This document shows, piece after piece, positions 41,403 through 51,319 of a DNA stretch of 64,000 nucleotides (within the stretch, counting starts at the first letter, position 1; each line of letters begins with the position of its first letter). The position numbers and the translations under genes are program-made. The stretch spans positions 2,131-66,130 of the forward strand of contig CALCJM010000020.1 of assembly GCA_937967505.1 (NCBI GenBank), given 5' to 3'. The notes beneath the pieces were generated by a model, which saw only the letters and a list, made by a program, of their open reading frames with translations, searched no databases and was not told the origin of the DNA. This DNA is from an uncultured Pirellulaceae bacterium. Its GTDB lineage: Bacteria > Planctomycetota > Planctomycetia > Pirellulales > Pirellulaceae.

Positions 41403-42227
41403 CTATTTGCCAGGGTATTCCTCGGCTGTCCAGCGTTTCACCAGCGAGCCATTCTGGCCGGTTTCTGATTTGGGTTTTTGCATCGAGCGGCGGTGTTGCA
41501 TCGTTTTGGCCAGATCCGCATGGTTATTTTGCATCAGGCGACTTTCGCCCATCTCCCACGGCAGCACGTAGGCTTGCGAGATGTCATCAACGCTGCGAAA
41601 CCACGCCCGGCTGGCTTCGGCATCCAGCTCGCGGCGCACCATGCGGGTGATGCGGCCCTGAATCTTGTCCCACAGCGCGACATCCGGCCACTGATCGGGG
41701 GTAAGTGCGAAAGCCGCCGCCGCATCGACGATCAGGCGGTCTCCGCCGGGCCCGGATTTCAGAGGCTCCGGCAGGGCTGCGAGCATGGCCCTGACGACAT
41801 CGCCGAAGGGAGCGATCGCCGTTGCCACATCGCGACCGACATCCTGATGAGGCAATCGTATTTCGACGACCTGCGGTTTTGTCGGGCAACTGCATCCATC
41901 GTGGTGGTAGTATTCAGCTTGACTCAGTTTCCCGCCGGAGGATTTGCCACGCACTTTACGATAGGTAGAATCCTGAGTCAGAACATTTTTACAGACAACC
42001 AACCCTTCGGTTTCAACCAACGTTAAAAATGCGTCCTTATATGGCGGCGACAGTAAGTGGTCGTGCAAATAGTCGCTGCTACCGGCGTCGCCGGTGGAGG
42101 CCTGAGCGTTAGCCGGGGCAGGGCCGTGGATGACAATGCCGAAGTGATGCGGCCGTGTCGTGTGGTACTGAATGTTACCAAGTGTCAGGATTGAGTGCGC
42201 ATCGGTGGCAGATGAAGCAACGGTCAT
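41403..42227 (-). CDS. Hypothetical protein, possible TauD-like Fe(II)/2-oxoglutarate oxygenase fold
   Basis: YHHDG and distal WEMGESRLMQNN...QHRR. Confidence 0.55.
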   Translation of the reverse strand: MTVASSATDAHSILTLGNIQYHTTRPHHFGIVIHGPAPANAQASTGDAGSSDYLHDHLLSPPYKDAFLTLVETEGLVVCKNVLTQDSTYRKVRGKSSGGKLSQAEYYHHDGCSCPTKPQVVEIRLPHQDVGRDVATAIAPFGDVVRAMLAALPEPLKSGPGGDRLIVDAAAAFALTPDQWPDVALWDKIQGRITRMVRRELDAEASRAWFRSVDDISQAYVLPWEMGESRLMQNNHADLAKTMQHRRSMQKPKSETGQNGSLVKRWTAEEYPGK

Positions 42228-42274
42228 CTTGATTTCCGGAGTGTTGGATTACATAACTGGACGGGTAAAACTAT

Positions 42275-42748
42275 ATGACAGACTCGACTGCCGCGTCAGA
42301 TGCAAATACCGGAAAATTTCGCGTGGTGGAGGCATTGTGGCCGCGCGACAAGGCAAAACTGCATGCAGTGCGATACCAGGTGTTTGTTGTGGAACAACAG
42401 GTGCCGGAGGAACTGGAGTGGGTGGGGGACGATGATCAGTATGCCGCGCTGCTGGCGCTCGATATAGATCAGCAGCCGATCGGAACCGGGCGGATTTCAG
42501 CGGATGGCGTAATTGGGCGGATGGCGGTGCTGAAAGATTGGCGTCGATGCGGCGTTGGATCGGCGTTGTTGCAGCAGTTGATTGAACTGGGGGCGGCGAT
42601 GGGGCACCGGCAGCTCACGCTTTCGGCGCAATTGCACGCGCTTGAGTTTTATATCGCCCACGGTTTTGTTGCCCGGGGTACGGTCTATCTGGATGCCGGC
42701 ATCGAGCACCGCACGATGACGCGCACGGTGCCTGATTCGCTGGAGTAG
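42275..42748 (+). CDS. GNAT acetyltransferase (ElaA/YjcF-like)
   Basis: VRYQVFVVEQ, IGRMAVL, RRCGVG, FY and DAGIEH. Confidence 0.9.
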   Translation: MTDSTAASDANTGKFRVVEALWPRDKAKLHAVRYQVFVVEQQVPEELEWVGDDDQYAALLALDIDQQPIGTGRISADGVIGRMAVLKDWRRCGVGSALLQQLIELGAAMGHRQLTLSAQLHALEFYIAHGFVARGTVYLDAGIEHRTMTRTVPDSLE

Positions 42749-42754
42749 TGCGCT

Positions 42755-43153
42755 TCATTCTTCAGAAATTTTCAGCAACCGTTCCACATCTCTGTCGGAT
42801 GCGTCCAGCACAATCGCCAACAGGCTTAACAGTAGCATGATCACGGCCACCAACACCGGGTGCAGTTGGTCGATTGAAAGTTGGCTGCTCTGGGTGCGCT
42901 GCCGCGCCCAGTGGCTGGGTGTCTGCCAGCCCATGGTTGTGTAACGGAGTTCGTTGGTGATTTGAATCGGCGGAGATTCTTTTTCCGAAGCGGCGGAGGC
43001 AATCGATGCGACCTGCGCCGGTGTCGTGTTGAGATCAGCGTTATAGTGCCGAATGCCCCAAACGCACAGCAGAGTCCAGCCGCAGAAGGCAGCACTCATC
43101 AGCGCGAACGACGTGGCGGATTTCAAAAATGGCAAAATCTGCATTCGAAACAT
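42755..43153 (-). CDS. Hypothetical two-TM membrane protein
   Basis: Two hydrophobic segments; preceded by a sigma54-type promoter. Confidence 0.65.
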   Translation of the reverse strand: MFRMQILPFLKSATSFALMSAAFCGWTLLCVWGIRHYNADLNTTPAQVASIASAASEKESPPIQITNELRYTTMGWQTPSHWARQRTQSSQLSIDQLHPVLVAVIMLLLSLLAIVLDASDRDVERLLKISEE

Positions 43154-43280
43154 GTGAATTGACGGTCATAGCGAAGGTGGGAAACCGGTACCGATCTCGC
43201 AAGTTGTTGCGGGCGCGGCGGGCTGTTTTGAAGGGGGTGCGTTTGGACAGAGCCAACGAACGCGCGGTGACATCTATCTG

Positions 43281-43295
43281 GCAATCGGAATGCCA
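43281..43295 (-). promoter_or_regulatory. Putative sigma54 (-24/-12) promoter
   Basis: The minus strand reads TGGCATT-CCGA-TTGC, matching TGGCACG-N4-TTGC spacing, about 130 nt upstream of 43153. Confidence 0.55.
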
Positions 43296-43853
43296 AACAC
43301 GGGTGCGAAATCCGGATATCACACGCCACCGGAGCAGAGAGATGACGAAAGTTGGCGATTCACCATGATTCCCCTTAGAAGGACCGGCCAGAGCCGGTGA
43401 TCGAAAAGTCTTGCTGGCGGGCGACCAGCACCCCGACGCGGCCTAATGGATGAGGCGAAACAGCATCAGGGAGGCCGGTCATTGATGCCAAAAAGCGACG
43501 GTGTTGCCGATTTTCAACCGTCCGACTTGCGGCGGTAGCTACCCGACCGATCGACGGTGGACTACGTCAATGCCAGCGGTACGGCCGGCAATCTCTCAAT
43601 TGGCCAGTGTAAACGGGGACAAATCCAGTCGTTAATGGCCAATGAAAACCGTTTTTACCCAGCCAACGGCCTATATTTTCGCTGGCGAACGGATAATAAT
43701 GACGCGTCAAAAACGGCTGCTGCGAGACTGGAAAACAATTGGATTCTGCGGATTGGGCGAGCCGCTGGAAGACAAAGTCTTGAGGTCAAGTTTACCCGCC
43801 CCGGCGCTCGACCTTTCAATAGTTCGATTCACGACTCCAGGACATTTAAATCA

Positions 43854-45095
43854 GTGAAAACCACCAAAAAAGAATCCAAACCGGCACCGAAAGCGGAAGG
43901 AAACGGCGCTGCTGACGGCGGTGACAAAACGGCCCATGATCAGGCTCAGGATGATGCCGTGGCCCGCATGGTTGCGCGATTTACGACCAAACAGGAAGAA
44001 AAAGAGGTCGATAAGCTGTTCCGGGCGCTGGTGAAACTGGAGGGGAGTGACCTGCACCTGAAAGTGGGGAAGCCTCCTATCGTGCGTGTCAATGGAACGC
44101 TAAAACCGCTCAATCGTGGTCCAATCGAAATGGAGGAGATGGCGCGGTTGTTATTTCCCATGATGGGCGAGCGAAACCGCCGGATCTTCGATGAAGAAGG
44201 CGGTGCAGATTTCGCGTACACCGTTGATGTGGACGGCACGATCTGGCGATTCCGCGTGAATATGCTCCAGCAGCTGGGGAAGATCGGATTGGTTGCCCGC
44301 CGCGTCAACAATCATATTCCCAATTTCGAAGGCTTGTATCTGCCGCCAACGGTGGAAACGCTATGTCACTTCGACCAAGGGATGATCTTGCTGGCCGGTG
44401 TGACGGGTTCCGGCAAAAGTACCACGATCGCGTCGATGCTGAACTATATTAATCGCAGTTACTCCAAGCATATTTTAACGCTGGAAGACCCGATCGAGTT
44501 TGTTTTCACCGACGATAAATGTCTGATTAACCAGCGCGAGGTCGGTATCGATGTGGTCGATTTTGGCGTCGGCATGAAGCATGCGGTTCGCGAAGATCCG
44601 GATATTATTCTGGTGGGCGAGCTCCGCGATGAAGAGACATTCATGACGGCGATTCACGCCGCCGAAACCGGTCACCTGGTCTTTGGAACAATTCACGCCT
44701 CCAGTGCGCCATCGACGATCGGCCGTATTCTGGATCTGTTCCCGGAAGAACTGCATGGCGCGATTCGCAATGCGATTGCGATGAACATGAAAGCCATCGT
44801 TGCTCAAAAACTGCTCAAGTCAATTAAGCCGGGCGTAGGGCGCGTGCCGACCTGTGAGATCATGACTTTCAATCCAACGGTTAAAAAACTGATTCTCGAA
44901 GAGGGCGATCATAAGCTCTCCGATGCGATTCGCATTGGCGAAGAGGAAGGCATGCAGGACTTCACCAAAAGCCTCAAGGATCTGATCGACGACAACCTGA
45001 TCGATCGGCCGACAGCATTCCAGGTTGCACCGAATAAGGAAGAACTGAAAATGAAGCTCAAAGGCATCAACGTATCACAGCCTGGAATTATTTAA
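43854..45095 (+). CDS. pilT: PilT/PilU family type IV pilus ATPase (start uncertain; GTG 43854 chosen)
   Basis: SDLHL, GVTGSGKSTT, EDPIE, QRE, REDPDIILVGELRD, AAETGHLVFGTIH and GMQ. Confidence 0.9.
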   Translation: MKTTKKESKPAPKAEGNGAADGGDKTAHDQAQDDAVARMVARFTTKQEEKEVDKLFRALVKLEGSDLHLKVGKPPIVRVNGTLKPLNRGPIEMEEMARLLFPMMGERNRRIFDEEGGADFAYTVDVDGTIWRFRVNMLQQLGKIGLVARRVNNHIPNFEGLYLPPTVETLCHFDQGMILLAGVTGSGKSTTIASMLNYINRSYSKHILTLEDPIEFVFTDDKCLINQREVGIDVVDFGVGMKHAVREDPDIILVGELRDEETFMTAIHAAETGHLVFGTIHASSAPSTIGRILDLFPEELHGAIRNAIAMNMKAIVAQKLLKSIKPGVGRVPTCEIMTFNPTVKKLILEEGDHKLSDAIRIGEEEGMQDFTKSLKDLIDDNLIDRPTAFQVAPNKEELKMKLKGINVSQPGII

Positions 45096-46810
45096 TGGGT
45101 GGACGATTGTTTTTTTTGCCGGTCGAGCATTTGGTTCCGTTGCTGTTTGTTGCGGCCAAATCTACCCCGGGCGCGTATTTTTCCTGGTGGAAACTGCTGC
45201 TGATCGTGCTGACGTACCTGTTTTGGGTCAAAGGTGCTGATTGGTTAAATCGGGACGCCGTGAAGATCGCCAAGGAGGCGGAAATTGATCCGGGGACCTG
45301 GAATCTGGTCAATGTGTTGTTGATGTTGAGCGGTTTCTTCGCCGCGATTTCCGTGCCGATGTTCTGGATTGGATTCCCGATCATGTTGCTGACGGCACTG
45401 GTGCCTTTTATCAGCTACCGTGTTGTGAGGAAAGGGAAACTAAAGCAGAGCCAGGCGCTGCGCCGCAAGCTGAATCCAAAGAAGTACGCCGACGAAGGCT
45501 CGGAACAGTTGGCTCAGGACCAGGGTGTCCCGATGAACATCAACGCTGCCGGTGACAGTGACAACGATCGCAAGGCGGCATTGATCAAAGCCCGTCAGTC
45601 GCCGGGGTTTATTGATTTTAAGGAACTGATCCACCAAGGAATGCTCAAACGCGCTGATTTGATCCAGATTGACTATACGCAAACCCAGGCCGCACCACGG
45701 TTGTTTGTTGACGGGACTTGGCACGCGTTGCCGAACATGGACCGTCTCAAAGGTGACGCACTGCTGGTAAGCCTAAAGTGTGTTGCGGGCCTTGATCCGG
45801 AGGAACGCAGGGCCAAACAAACTGGCGATTTTTCCCTGAAGTCGGACATGGGCAAAGCCAACCTGCACGTGGCCGCCAAAGGAGTCAAAACTGGCGAACG
45901 CGTGCGCATCACTTTTGTGCAATCAAAAGATATTCTGACACTGCCAAAGCTGGGCATGTTTCCCTCGATGGCGGATCGGTTTACCAAAGGGCTGAACAAC
46001 CCCGGAATCTGTATTGTCTCGGCACCGCCGAAGCATGGTTTAACCGCCACGTGGCAAGGCCTGCTGGTGACTGCAGACCGATTGACACGCGATTGCATTG
46101 TGGTGATGGACGATCAAGAAACGGAATCCTCGATTGAGAACGTCACGGCCAAAGAGTTCGACTCTGATGACACGGCGGTGGAGTTTCTGAAAAGAACCCT
46201 GACCAGTCAGCCAGACGCGATCGCGGTACCACGCGTGCCAGCGCCGGAGTTTTTGGATTTGCTCACATTGCAGGCCAAAACACAACAGCGTTCGGTCTGG
46301 ATGCGGGCGCAGGCGTCCTCGGCAGCCGAAGCACTACTGAAGTCTTACGCACTTGCCGGTAACCGTGGTGACTTTCGCGAAACGGTCAAATTCGTCTCCT
46401 GCCAGCGACTGCTCCGGCGACTTTGCGACCATTGCAAAACCGAAATCCCCGTTCCGCCGAAGATGATTCAGAAACTGGGTGGCGACCCGTCCAAAATCAA
46501 GACGCTTGCCAACCAGTGGCAGTTGCCGCCGCCGGAACAGCGCGTCGATGAGAACGGTAATCCAATAGAGTTTCCGCCGTGCAACGTGTGCGGCGGAATC
46601 GGCTTTATTGGCCGGATAGCCGTATTTGAGATGATCAAGGTCAACGATGCGGTGCGTGAGGCGCTGAAGAAAACGCCCAAGGTCGCTGCGATCGATGCGG
46701 CCGCCAAAGAGTCCAAAGCCAAAAAATCCATGCAGTCCAGTGCGTATCAGTTGGTGCTGATGGGTGTGACTTCCCTTCAGGAAGTCCAGAACGTGCTCAA
46801 CAAGAAGTAA
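45095..46810 (+). CDS. Membrane-anchored GspE/PilB-like protein with degenerate Walker motifs
   Basis: N-terminal TM helices; QRLLRRLCDHC...CNVCGGIGFIGRIAVFE; the P-loop position reads SAPPKHGLTAT. Confidence 0.8.
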   Translation: MGGRLFFLPVEHLVPLLFVAAKSTPGAYFSWWKLLLIVLTYLFWVKGADWLNRDAVKIAKEAEIDPGTWNLVNVLLMLSGFFAAISVPMFWIGFPIMLLTALVPFISYRVVRKGKLKQSQALRRKLNPKKYADEGSEQLAQDQGVPMNINAAGDSDNDRKAALIKARQSPGFIDFKELIHQGMLKRADLIQIDYTQTQAAPRLFVDGTWHALPNMDRLKGDALLVSLKCVAGLDPEERRAKQTGDFSLKSDMGKANLHVAAKGVKTGERVRITFVQSKDILTLPKLGMFPSMADRFTKGLNNPGICIVSAPPKHGLTATWQGLLVTADRLTRDCIVVMDDQETESSIENVTAKEFDSDDTAVEFLKRTLTSQPDAIAVPRVPAPEFLDLLTLQAKTQQRSVWMRAQASSAAEALLKSYALAGNRGDFRETVKFVSCQRLLRRLCDHCKTEIPVPPKMIQKLGGDPSKIKTLANQWQLPPPEQRVDENGNPIEFPPCNVCGGIGFIGRIAVFEMIKVNDAVREALKKTPKVAAIDAAAKESKAKKSMQSSAYQLVLMGVTSLQEVQNVLNKK

Positions 46811-46818
46811 GAGTCTCC

Positions 46819-48129
46819 ATGTCGTTTGATGAAGAATATGACCGGCCGCCTGTCACGTTTGTCCCTGTAGGAGAGGACGATGAAGAGCGTGAAGAGAATC
46901 TGGAGATGGTCAGACCGTCTCCCGGATACTTCACGTCATCGGTGTTGATCGCCGATGCCATCATCAAGAGATCCGAAGTTACCGTACTGGATTATTCGGC
47001 CAACCAGGTAACCGTGCGTTACCAGATCGACGGGATCTGGCACGCGGGCAATCCGATGGATCGGGAAACGGGCGACTATATGTTGGCCACGCTCAAGCAG
47101 ATGGCCGGCATGGACTATCGGGATCGGAGAAATCGCCAGACCGGCAGTTTCAGTACCGAATTTCAGAAGGCGAAGCAGAAAATTCGCCTCGTCTCTCAAG
47201 GTGTTGCCACCGGTGAACGCGTGGTGGTCTACCTGACGTGGAAAAAAGACACGATCGAAAAGGTCAGCGACTTGGGCATGCGCGACAGCATGCAGCAACA
47301 GTTGAAGGAACTGTTGCGATACGATCACAAAGGTATGTTATTGGTTTCGGGAAGACGTGGAGAGGGGTATACCTCAGCCTGGCGTGGCGTGCTGAACGCC
47401 TGTGACCGGCTGACGCGCGACTATTTTGTAATTGAGGACGAAGCTCTGGTCGAAGAAGAAGTGATCAATTTTGGATCGATCACGTTTGATTCTGGCAAGG
47501 GCGAAACGGCGATGACGCCCATCCCGTCACTGATGTTACGGGAGCCCAACGTCTTGGCCTTCAACGATTTGCCCGATGGCAAAACGGTCAACGAGATCTG
47601 CGACCTGTCCAACGAACACGACATGCCGGTCTACACGCGGGTGCCGGGACGAAACTGCGTCGATGCGATCCGGCGGGTCGCGAAGTTGCAGCCCGATCTG
47701 AAAAAGTTTGCGAAGTTGCTTAACTACGTTGTCTGTATGAGAACGGTCAGAAGATTATGTCCGAAGTGTCGCATTGAGTATCCGCCACATCCAAAGTTAC
47801 TGGAAAAGCTCGGCTTGCCCGTTGGACGGGTGGCCAGCCTGTACCAACCAATGATTTACAAGGTTGGCATGGTCGATGAAAACGAAGAAGAGATCCGGCC
47901 CTGTGATCATTGCAGTGGGATTGGGTACAAAGGGCTGACCGGGATTTTTGAGCTGTTGACGGTCAACGATGAGATGAAAAAGGCCATCGCAAAAAATGCC
48001 GATTCCAGTGTGCTGAAAAAGATTGCCGCTGCCGGTCGTCATATTTCGATGCGGCAGGAAGGGGCAGTGTTGGTCGCCAAAGGAGCGACATCCGTCGAAG
48101 AACTGCAACGCGTGCTGGCGGCCAAGTAA
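46819..48129 (+). CDS. Soluble GspE/PilB-like protein with degenerate Walker motifs
   Basis: VRYQIDG, VRRLCPKC...CDHCSGIGYKG...FE and TSVEELQRV; the P-loop position reads SGRRGEGYTSA. Confidence 0.8.
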   Translation: MSFDEEYDRPPVTFVPVGEDDEEREENLEMVRPSPGYFTSSVLIADAIIKRSEVTVLDYSANQVTVRYQIDGIWHAGNPMDRETGDYMLATLKQMAGMDYRDRRNRQTGSFSTEFQKAKQKIRLVSQGVATGERVVVYLTWKKDTIEKVSDLGMRDSMQQQLKELLRYDHKGMLLVSGRRGEGYTSAWRGVLNACDRLTRDYFVIEDEALVEEEVINFGSITFDSGKGETAMTPIPSLMLREPNVLAFNDLPDGKTVNEICDLSNEHDMPVYTRVPGRNCVDAIRRVAKLQPDLKKFAKLLNYVVCMRTVRRLCPKCRIEYPPHPKLLEKLGLPVGRVASLYQPMIYKVGMVDENEEEIRPCDHCSGIGYKGLTGIFELLTVNDEMKKAIAKNADSSVLKKIAAAGRHISMRQEGAVLVAKGATSVEELQRVLAAK

Positions 48130-48303
48130 ATGCCTCATTGCAACTGTCGCTGGATCGCGGAATTGTAGAATCTTGGAACCGTATATGCTGACACCGGGAA
48201 CTACGGGAACGTTGCTTCATCCCGATGTCAAGATTAACCGCCGGCCAAACACAGCCATGTTAAAACTGAAAATAGAACACTCACCGTCAAACCCGATGCT
48301 GCC

Positions 48304-48945
48304 ATGATTATTATCCTGATTCTTCTGGTCTTTGTTGCTGTGATCGCCAGTACGTGGTGGTTCGGGATCTGGAATAATGTGTTGAACCTAATCAATCTGT
48401 TGTTGGCGGGTTTGATTGCATCGGGATTCTACGAAAACGTCACCGCTGCATTGCAGCCCAACTTGGGTGACGCCCAGACGGTGTTGAGTTTCATCGCCGT
48501 TTGGCTGACCTTTGTGGTCAGCTTTATTGTGTTGCGAGTGGCGACGGACCTGATTTCCGGCAAGAAATTAAAATTTGACAGGACGACCGAGACGATTGGC
48601 CAATCGGTGCTGTCGATCTGGATCGCATGTGTATTTGTGGCGTTTATGTTATTCACGCTACACCTGTCTCCCCTGCCGCCATCGGCCTTCCAGTCTGATC
48701 CTGCGACTTCGACGTTGGCCATTGGTCCAGACCGCATGTGGCTGGCGTTTATGCAAAGCCGTTCGCGCGGCGCGTTGTCGTCTTCAAAAGCCAAGAATTT
48801 TCTGGCCAGGGAAGACAAGTCCACGCCGCACCCGGATGACGTGGGACTGGACGCGCGCGTGTTTGACCCTCAGGGAGGCTTCGTGCCAGCCAACATCATC
48901 CGCCGGCAGCAACTGTCCAAACGGAAGAAGTTGGTCAATTTCTAA
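48304..48945 (+). CDS. CvpA-like membrane protein
   Basis: Four hydrophobic segments with CvpA-like spacing; co-oriented with the ATPase genes. Confidence 0.6.
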   Translation: MIIILILLVFVAVIASTWWFGIWNNVLNLINLLLAGLIASGFYENVTAALQPNLGDAQTVLSFIAVWLTFVVSFIVLRVATDLISGKKLKFDRTTETIGQSVLSIWIACVFVAFMLFTLHLSPLPPSAFQSDPATSTLAIGPDRMWLAFMQSRSRGALSSSKAKNFLAREDKSTPHPDDVGLDARVFDPQGGFVPANIIRRQQLSKRKKLVNF

Positions 48946-48967
48946 CCAGAAGCCGTGACATTGGTGT

Positions 48968-49966
48968 TTAACCGCCAAGGCTGTCACCGACGGCCGGTGG
49001 ATTACCGCGCAGGAAATCGGCAATTGGCATGGGTTTCTTTCCGGCAGGCTGTACCTTCAGCAGCCTCAACCAGCCATTACCCGTTTGTACGATCAGATAT
49101 TGTTTGTCAGCGGCGATAACCTGTCCCGGGGTGGCCTCGGGTAAATTGGCATCGATGACAGGTGTGGGGCCGCCGGTCAATTCTTCTTTGTTGGCAACGA
49201 CTGCCTGCTGAATAATCAGCCGGATTGGCTTCTTTCCCTGCGGTGTCCACTCGGTAAACGTTCCAGGCCATGGCTGGAAGGCGCGAATCTGGTTGACAAT
49301 ATCCGACGCCGCGCGATTGAAATCAATATCGCCATCGCCACGTTTTAAACGAGGCGCTTTGGTGGCCAGTGTTTGATCCTGAATCTCACCAATCACACTT
49401 TGCCCGTCCCACTTCTCCAGCATTTCGATTGCTTCCACCACGCAGGGCACTCCCAGTTCCGCCAGACGGGGTTCAATCGATTCAGTCGTATCTTCAGGGC
49501 CAACAGGAATGGACGCTCGGATCAGACAGGGGCCGCCATCGAGTCGCGCGGTCATGTGGATGATGGTGACGCCGATGACATCATCTCCATTATATATTGC
49601 CCAGTGAATTGGTGCCGCGCCGCGGTAGCTTGGCAGCAAGGATCCATGCAGGTTGATCCCGCCAAGCCTAGCCGCCGCCAGCGCGTCGCACGAGAGAATC
49701 TGGCCATAGTCGCAAACGACGAACAGGTCGGCCTCCAGTGACAGCAACCGCTCGATCGCCTCGGAAGTATTGATACTGACCGGGTCAAAGATCTCCAGAT
49801 TGCGTTGGATACCCAGGTCGCGTGTCGGGTTTTCAGCCGTTTTGCGGCGTTTACCCGAATTGGCGACCGGCCGGGTGACCAGCGCGACGACATCATGCGT
49901 TGAATCAATCAGGGCTTCAAACGAGGGCACGGCAAAGGGACCGGTGCCAAAAAGTACAATTCGCAT
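48968..49966 (-). CDS. fmt: Methionyl-tRNA formyltransferase
   Basis: FGTGPFA, INLHGSLLPSYRGAAP and IRAFQPWPG; adjacent to def. Confidence 0.96.
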   Translation of the reverse strand: MRIVLFGTGPFAVPSFEALIDSTHDVVALVTRPVANSGKRRKTAENPTRDLGIQRNLEIFDPVSINTSEAIERLLSLEADLFVVCDYGQILSCDALAAARLGGINLHGSLLPSYRGAAPIHWAIYNGDDVIGVTIIHMTARLDGGPCLIRASIPVGPEDTTESIEPRLAELGVPCVVEAIEMLEKWDGQSVIGEIQDQTLATKAPRLKRGDGDIDFNRAASDIVNQIRAFQPWPGTFTEWTPQGKKPIRLIIQQAVVANKEELTGGPTPVIDANLPEATPGQVIAADKQYLIVQTGNGWLRLLKVQPAGKKPMPIADFLRGNPPAVGDSLGG

Positions 49967-50074
49967 CAGCGGTGGTTCCTGGTTTTTTTGGTCAATCTAG
50001 TTGGTCAATCTACTGCCCAAGCAGTGTCGGGGGTGCAGACAACACGGCCCGTACGACCCCTTGGCTCCGGGCGG

Positions 50075-50656
50075 CTATCGACAATAGCGATCCTCGATCG
50101 CCTTGATATGCAGGGCGATGTCAGCATCAGATCCGATCGTACCTGACTGACGCGCTGCTTCGAATTCCAGTTCGAAAGCTTCGATTTCCCCATCAACCAA
50201 GCGTTTTTCGGATTCGGAAATCCGGTCGATAAACATTACGCCTTTGATGTGATCGTATTCATGTTGAATCACCCGCGCCAGAAAACCTTTGTAGATTCGA
50301 TCGATGGTGTTCCCCTCGATGTCGTATGCCGAAACGTGGATCTGGTCGGGGCGGCTGACCATCGCTTCAACACCGGCCAAGCTCAAACACCCCTCGTTGG
50401 CCTCCGCCGATCCCTTGGGGGCCGAAAGAACCGGATTAATGAACACCATTTCCTCGCCCTTGCCTTTCTCGGCGGCCAAGTTGATTACAAACAGTTGCAG
50501 GGGAAGATTGACCTGGTTGGCGGCCAGTCCGATTCCCTTGGCTGCATACATCAAATCAAACATTTCTCCAACCGTTTTCCGCAATTCCGCGTCCACACGG
50601 ATGATCGGCATGGAAGTGTGGCGAAGGGTTGGGTGTGGAAAGTTGATAATCTCCAA
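50075..50656 (-). CDS. def: Peptide deformylase
   Basis: GIGLAANQ, EGCLS and QHEYDH. Confidence 0.96.
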   Translation of the reverse strand: MEIINFPHPTLRHTSMPIIRVDAELRKTVGEMFDLMYAAKGIGLAANQVNLPLQLFVINLAAEKGKGEEMVFINPVLSAPKGSAEANEGCLSLAGVEAMVSRPDQIHVSAYDIEGNTIDRIYKGFLARVIQHEYDHIKGVMFIDRISESEKRLVDGEIEAFELEFEAARQSGTIGSDADIALHIKAIEDRYCR

Positions 50657-50894
50657 GGCGTCAAGCTCCAGGACAAAAGAAAAAAATGGTCAATAAAATT
50701 TGCTGATCAGAGTGGCTTGATCTTTGCCGTAATCCGCCGCATTGGCCCGGTTGCAAATTTGTTCCGCGTCGAAAACAAGTCCAGCGAAATGGTAATTGAC
50801 AACGCGTTGGTTTGCTGCGTGATGTGGAAAAAATAATGGAAAACGCGATCTTGAGAATTGAAAGTTTTTACAGGTTGGATTCTTTGCAGTGACG

Positions 50895-51004
50895 ATCGTT
50901 GGTGACAGCGTTGGCGTGTCAAGCGAAAAAAATTTTTAACGAAAAAAAGTTGGCTGGCAAAATAACTTCTATTTGCTTGACAAGCCTTCGTTCATTCCCA
51001 AAAT
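50895..51004. promoter_or_regulatory. Back-to-back sigma70-like promoters around an A/T-tract spacer
   Basis: Perfect TTGACA on - (50922-50917) and on + (50977-50982), separated by A/T runs; the -10 boxes are weak (AACGAT, CAAAAT). Confidence 0.45.
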
Positions 51005-51319
51005 AGCAAATCACGTTCGAAACACGAATCGGCGCTTGCTCTGTTTGACTTCCTGCTTTTTCGGCAGGGCAAAATTTCAAGTCAACAATCGGCACGGGTT
51101 TGAGAGACTGTTTTGCTTCGCCCCTCCAATTTCTGCTTCATTCTATTTGTCACTCAAGCCTCTGTCCCACATCATAACCGCTATTGGCGTTTTGATAAAA
51201 TGGTGCGTGGCCTGTTGGCGTGATTTAAGTTGTGGTCGTTGGCTGGGACCTGTAGTTGCGGCCGACCAAAATCACAATCGACCGGTTTGGCCGTTGCAGC
51301 AGTAAAAAAAGACCTGATT

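Noticed and set aside
43432-43470. tRNA-like D-arm (GGCCTAATGGATGAGGC) or hammerhead-like GATGAG..GAAA
   Set aside because: There is no anticodon or T arm, and the CUGAUGA core is absent.
16653-43853. Long N-terminal extensions in the ORF track (MFS from 16653, MrpB from 30423, MrpE from 31910, DUF1559 from 35828, PilT from 43557)
   Set aside because: Family motifs start at downstream codons, and the extensions overlap other genes or intergenic repeats.
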